A stretch of DNA of 64,000 nucleotides. Source: Azolla caroliniana. Lineage: Eukaryota; Plantae; Polypodiophyta. The stretch covers positions 2,604,001-2,668,000 of the forward strand of contig JBHGNT010000017.1 in NCBI GenBank assembly GCA_043228905.1, written 5' to 3'. Shown piece after piece: positions 1 to 11,394 of the stretch (position 1 is its first letter; each line of letters opens with the position of its first letter). The position numbers and the translations under genes were made by a program. The notes beneath the pieces were generated by a model that made no database searches, was not told the origin of the DNA, and saw only the letters and a list, made by a program, of their open reading frames with translations.

Positions 1-345
1 AAACTCATTTTAATTTTTTCATTAACTTAGTGAGTGCAATGTGGTGAGATAGTTGAGAAAAGTTTGGGCTTCATCACTTAATGTGCCTAGGCATTAACAT
101 GCTTATGACAAACTAATAATCGTTGTCGAGTTTCCTTGAGTATTCACCTTCATATGCATCTTGAAGACCACTCATAGGTGCACGAGGAAAATTTTAACAT
201 AGGTTGACCTTTCATGCACACATGTGTATGTGTATGTGTATGTATATGTATATGTACTTGTGAATGTGTCTGTGTTATGTATGTGTATTGGAGAGTGAGA
301 GGGGTATTCGAGGAAAATTTATGATGGGAGAAGGGTATTTCCAAA

Positions 346-1435
346 AGTTTTATTTTTATTTTTTAAGTCAAGATTCACCTTAGTATTAATGAAAAGATGC
401 ACAAAGGCTACAAAGAATCCATACAATAAATTATTTAACCCTCCTACCGACATCAATCAACATGTCTAGTAGCGGAAGCCCTCATGCATGGTCCTTCCAA
501 GACAGGGGGCAAAAAAGCCATCTTGGTGGAGCATATCTCCACTTTATTCTATCCCCAAAAAAGGTGAAGACCTCTCCCTTTTTCCAACGAAACACAACAT
601 TAGGCTCACCAAGTATTGCCTCATATTGGCCTCTTAGAGTATGCAGGAGCATCAACCATATCTCCTTGACTAACTCAACCGCATTCTATTTGACTATCTG
701 AAATACACACTTACATCTTGCCTTCCATAATACCCAAACTACTAAAGAAGATATCGTAGACCAAACCTTGTCCTCTTCCAAACAACGGATTGGTGTAGTA
801 TAAGAGGCTTCCAATGCATGTCTTCCATCAAAGAGGAGAAGAAAATCAACATAGTCCCTTTCATAATTCTGTATTTCTTTAGCCAACCTTCCCCATCTCA
901 CAAAACCCCATGTGTACACCTGTTTACCATAAATAGGATACAAATTCTCAACATTCTTTTCCATACTGCTCTAGCAATAGGACATACCCATAAAACATGG
1001 TGAACCGTTTAACTAGGAAAACCACAACTGTCACATTTTAAATCATGGCAATGCCCCCTCATCCATGACTTCACAGGAATGCCATAATGTACCAACAACC
1101 ATCTAAACAAGACAACTTTTCTAGGAATTTGCATGACCCATAGCCATTTCCAATAAGCATTCAACCAATAGTGTTGTACATTACCCAAGCTCCAAAATTT
1201 ACATGTTGCTAGTGTAACAGCCACACGCCTCCTTAGCAATTCTCTACCCATTTTTACCGATGACTGAAAAAATGGGATTTGCTTACCTAGCATTCCTTGT
1301 GTTGATATGTTTTGCCATTTCCATTCACTGGGATCCCACAAAAGGTGATCATTGGGCTTATTCTCGTAGATCCACAATTCAGATAAACTGTTTATATCAT
1401 TTGGATGTGGATTCAACATCCAACCCTAGGCTCAA
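346..1435 (-). mobile_element. 5'-truncated L1-like LINE, 3' part of ORF2 (zf-RVT region), decayed
   Basis: ORFs 1009..1419 and 686..964 read YWKWLWVMQIPRKVVLFRWLLVHYGIP...CDSCG and VWVLWKARCKCVF, typical of the plant L1 zf-RVT C-terminus. The T-rich tract at ~346-365 fits a poly(A) tail on the minus strand. Ends approximate. Confidence 0.8.
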
Positions 1436-2732
1436 TCCCACGAGTTAGGTGTTAAACTTTTGGGTATTTCCAGAAGTTTAATGCCTAAGTCGTGGGATTG
1501 AGCCTAGGGTTGGAGCTAAACTGCAAGTTCAACGAGGGTTCAATGATGACGTCAAGTGGTTCAATGCTCTAGTTTCTGAAGCACAAAGTATGTTAGGTTC
1601 CCCATTTTGGGCCAAGTTGATTTACTATTATGGTTTACAATTTTCCTTGGTTATATTTCTCTCATATACATCACATTCAAAGGAGATAAAACAAAGACAA
1701 TTTGAACATCCAAATTTACCAGATAAAAATACATTTTCCCTTTATGACCCATTATTGAGTTTGAGCCTTTGACCTTATCATTCAAGCAGTTAACTCTTGC
1801 CACTCAAGTTACTCCAATTGTTAAAGTTATAACTTGTTTAGGCAACAATACAACCTTGGCCAGGAGGTATATTAAGCCTCGCCAAGATTAAGCCGTGTGC
1901 TCAATTTTGCACAAACTTGAGTTGACACACTTTTAGTGTTTCCTTTTATGTTCCTTGACATTGATCCTCTGTTCACATCCTTTTCACTTTATTTAATTAA
2001 TCTTGTATTAGAACTGCCTTATATTTTATAGTCTTTGAAATTGCACATTGTTTTGTTGCAGTTGATAATAACACAATCTTACATACTATTTTGCCTGCAT
2101 GTTATATAGAAACATGTTGCTTTTTCATAGTTTCTCGTGAACTTTGTCTACAATAAGCCCAAAGGCGGTGTATCAATAGTTCGCTAACCTTGTCTTAGGT
2201 CAAGCTCTTAGAAAATATATAATTCAACTGTCTATATTATTGAATGCCTTAGTAACTTCTTTCAATTTTTGTGTGATTGTTCTTTCGCATATCTCAACTT
2301 AGCTTTTTATCCTAATTCAATATATGGCTCCCACTTCATGGGCCATGAATTAGGTGTGGATCTAGATAACCCATCATCAATGGACCTTCAAACACAACTT
2401 GCAAGGACACAGTGGTTTGTAGGCTTGGGAACGATTCTATATTGTTGCCAAAAACTTAATAACATATTTACTTGCATTGTTATAAATCACTTAACAAATT
2501 TACTTTTGTTACTTAATAATATATGTGCTTGTGCTACTTAACCACTTAACACAATTATACACAGTGTATCTCTTATCTTTGCAATAAGAATCTTGTTTGT
2601 GAGTGTACATATTTTGATCAATATCAATTTACATCTTTCTAGTCGCTAGTGCATGCTTATATGGTTTACAATAAGAGAGAGTCCAATCATCATCCTCAAT
2701 CACTATGTCCGCTCATGTAAAATAACACTAAC

Positions 2733-3293
2733 TACTCTATTTACTTGACTTGCCTTTACATAATTATCCACTTGCTGAACACAAGAATGATATATCTTAT
2801 GCTAACATCTTCATTAGAATTATCTTCACTTGTTGACATATCCATGGGACATGAACACAAATCACCTTCGTTAGAAGTCACCATGGCACCAAATGTGTCA
2901 CTAAATTTTATCATGTATAGTGACTATCTTTTAGAATTAAGTCTATATTGTTGTTCGTTGTTTAATCAACATATATTTCGATTTGTCCTTGTACCCAAGT
3001 GAGTAATCAAATAAAGACACAAACTATTCTATTTACTTGACTTGCCTTTACATAATTATCCACTTGTTGAACACAAGAATGATATATCTTATGCTAACAT
3101 CTTGACATATTCATGGGACATGAACACAGATAACCTTCATTAGAAGTCACCATGGCACCAAATGTGTCACTAATTTTTATCATGTATAGTGACTATCTTT
3201 TAGAATTAAGTCTATATTGTTGTTCGTTGTTTAATCAACATATATTTCGATTTGTCCTTGTACCCAAGCGAGTAATCAAATAAAGACACAAAC
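2733..3293. repeat. Tandem duplication, 2 units of ~290/270 bp
   Basis: ctatttacttgacttgcctttacataattatccac...agtaatcaaataaagacacaaac occurs twice head-to-tail; the second copy has a small internal deletion. Confidence 0.9.
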
Positions 3294-6200
3294 ATTTGAG
3301 AATTTGAACTTGTAGCATTGGTATCATCCAACATATGATTGTTGACACACATAGACATATCAAATCATTCATTGTTTTACCAATTATCAAAATATTAGTT
3401 CAATATTCATGATAGAGAGCAATTATAACATGTGCAAGCTTAATTCTAGTGTCATAGTGATTCTTAAGCACAAAAAAATGTTCGCCAGAAGTTTTGTTGT
3501 TAGAAAGATAATGTCTCTAGATGGGATGTAGTTCAGGCCTCATATGTTGCCTAACCAAGAAGGTGACATTAGACTCAAACATTGCAACATAGCGGGCTCT
3601 ACCCAAAGAAGAAAGAGAAACCAACAAATATGTGGGCATGTACATGTACATGCATTAAATCAATGTCCAAGCAATGAAGCCTATATGAATGTGAGAAAAG
3701 ATACATGCAAACAAGGTTTGTAACAAATGGTTGTCAAAAAGTGATATATTCAAACTTATGCTAGATTAAACAACTTGTTTACACAATTGTATACCTTCAT
3801 TTTGAATGATCAACCACATTAGACATAAGCAGAATCAAAGTTACTGTGATTATAAAACCTCGTTGAAGAATATACTATCTTTTATGTTTCAAAAGTGTTC
3901 CCATTCATGGAAGATATATTTTCCAACTCGAAAGCATAAGTAGTTATTTGTTGATGTAGTGTGGATCGAACCATTGGGCATGTGTATGAATATAATAGTA
4001 TGATATTGTGTGGGCAGCAATGTAGAGAAATATGAAGATCTCACATGGAGGTATCAAAATCTCTAGGTTTGCATATACAAATACATCCAATGTACATACA
4101 AGCACAGTTCGAGACACATAACGAGAGAGAGAGAGAGAGAGTGTGTGTGTGTGTTACTTCCATCGTTGTATGTCGATAAACAGTTAGAAAGTGGATGATA
4201 AACCTCTAGAAGTACGATACGAGGTCGTAACGATTTCCCAAGGGGGAGAAATCATTTGTTAAAAAATGATGAGGACCACAAATCAATAAACCTAATAATA
4301 AACTACTGTGAAGGATTAAAAAAAAGGAAGAGGGAAGAAAAGAAATATTACTAAATTTGAAAATATGAGAGAAGAGTATATGAATTGGGATAAATTGGAT
4401 ACTTTATTTAACTACAACAATAAAATAGACAAATTTGCATTTTTATTGTATTAATTAATTAAATTTTTAATTGTGTATCCCCCAAGAAAAAAAAGTGTGT
4501 CCTAAAACAGATAAAGATATTTGAAAAAAATAATAATTACTATTTTTAAAGGAATTGTTTTTTCAAAAACTAAAACAAAAAGGCGTTACAACTTTATCAA
4601 ATAAATAAGTCAGCAAATGTGTTAAAAAGAAGAAGAAGCATAAAATCGATTGAAACGTTTTCCCGCTCTAAATAAAATAAATAAATAGAGAAGTTAATTT
4701 TTATTGGTGTGCTTTCTGAAATTTTACACGAATAAATAAAATGGAATAGGAAATCTAGACAAGTTTGACAAATCTATTATCTGCCGCCAAATCTAACAGC
4801 TGTCGCCAAATCTAGCGGCCGCTAGGGATGGATGGTTGGATTTCTCACGCGCACGTAAGGTCATCGTCGCCGTTAGATTTTGGCGGCTGAATGGATAGCA
4901 CGTGTCAATTGCGCATCATGCGTCGTTAAGAAGACGTCTGACGTCATGTGACGTGGGCGCTTCATTACTTCTTCACCCTTCGCTTCCATTAAATATTTAC
5001 ACGTCTACAATTTATTTATTTGTTTTTCCGATATTATTTAATTATGTACTGCTCTAACTCCAAAAATAAAGAAATAAAACTGCATTGAGTAATAAAAAAA
5101 ATGTTTTTTTATATTTATTTTAGCTCCACACACATACATATACGTTTCCATTGCATGTGCATGGAAAATCTAAACCACATGTTCGCTTAGTATAAAATAA
5201 TCCACCCAAACCTTCATTTGATGCCTCGTTCGTTCGTACCCGATGCTCCCCCAACGAGATTCCATGTTCGCATTGTGGATATCCTCATTGCTCATTCCTA
5301 CCTCGGGACCATAGTTTCTTTGTCCTCTCTGCCCAATTGCTCTTTGCACGACCCCCTGCTTGATCATACAAAAGAAGGAAATTGTGCTCCAAGCAAGTTG
5401 AACAAAAGCTAGCCTAATTACCAACTAGACCTTTCTCGATCACTTTGGCTTACATAATAAGTGAATTTTGGTATTCGTTTTTTTTCACTTTGCCAATTTG
5501 GATGCAACTAACCTAAGGACATTGCCACATAGAATTCGATGTGAATTTGATCAATTCCTCTTATGGGTGGTTGGCACAACATTCATTTAGGGAGTCATGC
5601 ATAAGATAGAGTAGTTGTTCTCAACCAAGATTGCTTGTGTGGACATTGAGACAAATAGAGTTTTGATATCCTCTAAAATTTACCATCTCATAAGAGGGGT
5701 TACCTTGTACAAGAGAGTTTGTGATGCATGTTGGCAATTGTCTCCATGTTGGCAATAACAAAGGTGTAATGGAGTTGACATTATGACCGTGATCGCAATG
5801 CCAACATATAGCTAGCTATCTTGGTTGCACACATTTGCATTATCATGCACTTTCATCTTCCAAACATCCTCTTAAGTAGTTTGTCCACATGCCTCCAAAC
5901 ATCATTACGTGAGCATATCCTACACACAACATTGTACCTTAAAAGTCCCAGTAAAATAGCATAAGTGTGGTTCTATACCCCCTCGTTTGTAAATTCTAAA
6001 CTCAACTCTTAATTTAAGGCACCCACACAATAAATGTTTATTCTGGGGGATGTTCTAATTGAATCGTGAATGTTGCTCAAACATGAATATTGAGGGATTC
6101 ATCATTGGAAATATCCACCCATAAAATACCATCTTGGAATGGCTATTCGATGCTTACATTCTTTTTGCACGACGGTAACTTTTTATCACTTTGGTATTTG

Positions 6201-6737
6201 CAATAATCATAGTGTTTGTAATTGAAAACTTAACCAAGTTTCTTCGAGACAATACTATAGCTACTACATCGAGAAATACCATGTGCTATCAAGGTTGGGC
6301 ATTCGTGTATCCAATACCTAAAGAGAGATTTTGGGCATGAAATTCAATGAACGAGGTCACAAAAAGTATTTTGAGCACAAAGGAAGAAGAAGAGAGGGAT
6401 GCATTTTTGTCGGTTCATGGGCTCACATGATTGATATTGATCTAGCAACGAAAGAGAAACAGGCGAAAGGGTCCGATAGAAGCTTGGTTTTACGTTCTCG
6501 CTCTCTCTCTTTGTAGAATGAAAACATTTTGTAGGGAGGCCGAGTGAGTTCGAGGGCAATGAAGACAGGGAGGGAGCGAGAATCGTCGTGAGCCACGACC
6601 CTAAAACCCTAGTGCCATTTGTTTTTTTGTTCATGAATCTCGAGTTGGCACTAGAGATATAACTTAAGAGGGAGGGAGTTTTTTTGGGGGGGGTGGGGGG
6701 ACAGGAATAGTAGTAATTTTAAAATTGAAGAGGAAAG

Positions 6738-6882
6738 GCACGTGTCCATCGTGCACGTTGGGCTCCCACGGACAAAAAAAAACAAAATTTACAAACAACA
6801 AAAGGAGGAGGGCCAAGTGTGAAACCGAAACTCAGACTCCCTCTTCAATTCGCGCTTCTTCTTCTATTTATTTATTTATAAT
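6738..6882 (+). promoter_or_regulatory. Putative SMR promoter: G-box, E2F-consensus site, TATA-like
   Basis: CACGTG near 6739, ATTCGCGC at 6848..6855 (fits WTTSSCSS) and TTTATAAT near 6875, followed by a CT-rich leader. Confidence 0.4.
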
Positions 6883-7189
6883 TACATTTATTATATTTTC
6901 ATAGTGTCCCTCTCTCTCTCTCTCTCTCTCCCTCTAAACTGCTGTTTCTCTGCAGGTCCTGCTGGCCACTACTTCTACAGACTACAACTATTTCTCTGTC
7001 CTATCGCATACTTAGCCTCGCCATCGCCAACAATTCTTTATTCTCTCAGCCATACAATACATACATTAGCCCCTCCTCCTCCTCCTCCTTCTTCTTCTCC
7101 TCCGATTCTACTGCTTCTCTTCCTATTCCAGCTTTCCTTCTTCTTCTTCTTTCTCAACCCTAATTTCTCTTGTATCGAAACGAACTCCC

Positions 7190-7708
7190 ATGCCTAGTTT
7201 CGACAACATGGATCGATGCCTAGATATCATAAAGCTCAGAGTTCGGGTCCGACTTCCTCCTCCACATCCTTCTTCTCTTGCCATATCTCCTTGCTCTCCA
7301 CTAATATCTGACGATTGTAGCAGTAGTAACGACCTAACAGCTGAAGAAGACACAGCAGCAACAGAAGAACAATTATATAATGATGGAAAATTTACAGACA
7401 GTTCCGATGATGGCGACGAATATGAAGGTTGTTCAACGCCTAGGTCCTCCGAATCGCAGATTCCGGAGGCTCAGAATTGTCCGCCTGCTCCAAAGAAGAG
7501 GAAAGCAGAGCTTCGTTTGAATGGCCATGAATTGACGAAGAAGAAGAATAAGATGATGGCACAGGCGATGACAAGGACGAGGACAAGGACGAGGACGATG
7601 GCGATGGAGATGGAGATGGAGAAGACGAATAAGAAGAAAAATCATGGGCGTAGTCTTGTGTTCCTTCCCGATTTCGATCCTTCATCAATGTTTCTTCTCT
7701 GTGCCTGA
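7190..7708 (+). CDS. SMR: SIAMESE-RELATED (SMR) cyclin-dependent kinase inhibitor, 172 aa, intronless
   Basis: Family motifs in order: GCSTP, SQIP, CPPAPKKRK and a C-terminal LVFLPDFD. Preceded by a CT-rich 5' UTR. Confidence 0.88.
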   Translation: MPSFDNMDRCLDIIKLRVRVRLPPPHPSSLAISPCSPLISDDCSSSNDLTAEEDTAATEEQLYNDGKFTDSSDDGDEYEGCSTPRSSESQIPEAQNCPPAPKKRKAELRLNGHELTKKKNKMMAQAMTRTRTRTRTMAMEMEMEKTNKKKNHGRSLVFLPDFDPSSMFLLCA

Positions 7709-8099
7709 AAAGACTTGAATGAGCTCTGTCTTTCTGACGCCATATCTGTGTATGTGTATGTGTGTCGGTTGTGTACAGGAGGGGGCCTTTATGGTGTCGC
7801 TCGATAGCCATCATCATCATCACATTAATGCAGTTTGGAACAAAATAATAAAACAGAGAGAGAGAGGTGGCTACCGAGGATGCAGGTTTCACACTAGAGA
7901 GGCCGGACAAAAAGAAAATCAAAAAGCTTTTGTGTCTTTTTCATATGCATTTCCGTTCTTTATTTGTAGCGTTGGGCCAATCCATATTTGTACACAGTTT
8001 CTCTTGAATTACATTCCATGCCCTTCTTTTATATTCTAGACACTACTACTACCCTTTTTCTTTTCTTTTTTATCCTTGTACAAAGAAAGAGAAAATGAG

Positions 8100-10500
8100 A
8101 AATGCTTCCACATTCCAAAATGGCGTCAAAATCTTTCCAATTGCTTTCATACACTTGACATTAGTTGATATTGTTTTTGGTTCAATTGATGCTTTACATT
8201 GGGCCATGTCTTGTCATATCCTTTTTCATGGGTTAGAACGTAAAAGAGTCTCTCAAGCCGTCAAGATCACCGATATTGATCATGGACAATGGCCATACTT
8301 TTTACACCATTGTATGTCTTGTGAGACGCCAAGAAATCCTTCTCGTGCTAATAACTCTTATTTTGAACCAATTAGGTTTATGTTGATGCTAGAATCGAGA
8401 AATATTTGCTTGGTGTTGAATTGCGAGAATGTTTGGCAATTTGTAACGAATAAATGTTGGCAAACTAATCAATCTCACGATGATCCTAGCTAACTATACA
8501 CAACATTTTATTGTGCAATGACATTTAGGAATTATTGTCATTTATATTGATCAAACAACCATTTTGTTGATTGGAGTGTAAACCTTTCCTTGAGATAAAT
8601 TAATGAATGTTAAGAGTCTTGGCTAAATTGATAACGTAGGATGGTGTAATAATAACATTGGGGGTTCCATGCTTTTAAGATCAACCAAGTCTTAGATCGT
8701 TCAATGCTATGTTCAATGCTATCTAACAAGTGTTTAATGTTTTGTCCTTGATTTCTTCACGTTGTTGTCTTTACAGCACTAGAGAAAATTTACACAACCA
8801 TGACATCAAAATAATTCAATGTAGAATTACATAAATTCTACAAGTGCTCTATGACTGTCATCATATTTTTGTTGCATTCTCGCACAATACTAACAAATCT
8901 ACAAACATGGTTGGCAATTGGTCTCTTTTGATTAAAGACTATTAGGGCATTGGTGTTTGATTATTGTGTATGTGTGAACCCAAATCTCTTCAAACAGTGC
9001 ACACTTAACTTTTAACATCTTCCACCCATGCCTATGCATAACATGCACTGAATGTGGGTCACTCCATAGTTGTCCTTGGTTCATTATATGCAAATATGTT
9101 TCATGTGAATCATCAATTGTATTAGTATTGCCTATTTTGTAGAGTTCATGCAAAAACTTGTCCTATCCTCTCACAAGAAGCTCGCTATTAGTAACTCATA
9201 TGACAATCAAGATATAGGTGAATACATATGTATATAAGAGGACTTGATGGAAAGCACAAAAATTGAGAAATTTGAAGACATAATGCTATTTAGTTGCCAT
9301 TTTATTCCAACTTTAAATATATAGCCCATGTCTACTTCATTGTGAAATAGTTTATCTATATGACTAAATTTCTTGCATGAAATAGGTGCCACAATATTGC
9401 AAAACTTCCAAAGATAATTATTGCCATCCCAAAAACATGGAGAGGCACTAACAAAGAAGAAATTTCAAATGGAAGCTTCTAGTTAGACATCACTTCAGTC
9501 CATTCATATATGATCAACATAGGTACCATTTGAAACATCTAGTTAGCCATCACCTCAATCCATTCATATAACATTATCAATATAGGTATCATTCACAATA
9601 TTCTCCATCGTCATTGAAAGTGAGAAGTTGAGTGCACCATGATTGACACTATTGTTGAAAATACAAATTTGAGAAATACATCCAAGAAAAAACATAGGAC
9701 CAAATGGGAAATTGTAATGCATCCATCTTAATCATTGATTTACCTTGTAAGACGTAGACATATCTAAATCATGCCAATCAATCTAAATAGGCTTCCAAAT
9801 TTACATTTGTATTTGTGAGTTACTGGTAAACAATTTGTGAGAGGATATGACAAGCTATTGGATGAGCTCTACAAAGTAAACAAAATTTATGAAGCTTCTA
9901 GCTCACTCAAACCAAGGTATAGTATGACTTTGTTTGATAGAGAAGTGATTCCATCTCTACGTCCGATTTTTTGTCATAGATTGCATCAATAAATTGGTCT
10001 CTTTCCTCCAAAACAGCAAATATCGTAGTCCAAAGTGGATGTTCTTAAGGAATTGGTTTTTTCGCTCATGAAGATCATAGTCAATTTGAATATTGTAATC
10101 ACTTCAAATATATCTCACTAAAAATTTACCAATGGCTTTGGCAAAAATATAGACATAGTGGGTTGATTGTTGTATGGGATCTCTTCTTTCACATAATACA
10201 TCTTTCTTTCTCTCATAGATATCATCATGTGATTGTTTGCTAGATAAGTCAATCAACAAGATCCATGTTGTACACGAAATTCCTTGAGCAACCTTCATCG
10301 CCAACTTGTATGGGGAATTTTCAATATTTTTAAAGAGCTTTTGGAATCACATGGAAAGAAATCAGACCTACAAAAATAAGATGACAACAAGACCTCTGTG
10401 AGAGTAGCATATGATTTTGTTATTTCATAAGCTAGAAATAAAATGAGATAATAACCTGCATATTTTTCAGATTGATCAATATAGGCTTCTACATAAAAGA
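8100..10500. mobile_element. Highly decayed DNA-transposon-like (possibly hAT) sequence
   Basis: No intact ORF. Minus-strand PHSVHVMHRH near 9030-9060 resembles the hAT C-x2-H region. Boundaries are vague. Confidence 0.25.
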
Positions 10501-11394
10501 ATTTTAGAAAGTATGCTTGCATATTTTAAAAATTACCTACGTACACTAGGTCAAATTTCACATTAGCCTAGCCTACTAGATACACATAGAAATAGTCGAA
10601 TGATCCTATCGTAGTTGTTCGAGTCATAGATATTTCACTATAATTTGTTAATTTTGACTTTGATTCTATTCAATGCTCGATTACGGGCTACCACATCGCA
10701 ATATGGCATCTCATCTTGAAATGAAACGCCTTGCAAGTTTTAAGCCTTTCATTGTGTGTTTTATAACGAGCGTAATGGTAATAAAACATAGATGGTTACA
10801 TCTTTGCAAAAAGTCCTTACGATACGGAGCAACCCCAAAGGTTGTGAAAATCAAATTTTGATCATACAATAAAAGAGGAACTTCCAATGCCCCTGTGTTA
10901 GCTACTCCAACATTATTATTATTATTTTCTCTCCGGTGTTTAGCCAATCCCTGATCTTAGAGATATATAGATGAATAGATAAATAGACATTGATTTAAAT
11001 TCCATAGGAGACCGATTTTGATCTATGAGACGGGGCCTAGCCCATGGTCCATGGCGAGGATCGAACCGGGGTTCTCTCAATTCATGTAATGCATAAATAT
11101 GTGTAAGCCTAGTTCCCAATAAGACATGAGCCTTTACTGTATAACCCTAGTTCCCAATATAACTGCAATTGCTACCTTTGATGGCCGCAATGAGGCCACA
11201 CTATCTCATGCGAGTAATTTGGAAGCATGGCAGTACATACTAGATCACAACACAATCAAAGGATCATCTCCTGCAGCTAGAATTTGCAACTTGGATACTG
11301 CACACGAATCCTTCAATGCCTCTGAGGTGCGGGCACTGAGCAAGTTTTTCTTTGGTCTGGAGGATCTCCCAAGCCTTTTCGAGAACACTTCGGA

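Noticed and set aside
7433-8039. Antisense and downstream ORFs around SMR; similar shadow ORFs over the PPR, LSI2 and TE genes
   Set aside because: These are low-complexity or shadow frames of real genes and microsatellites.
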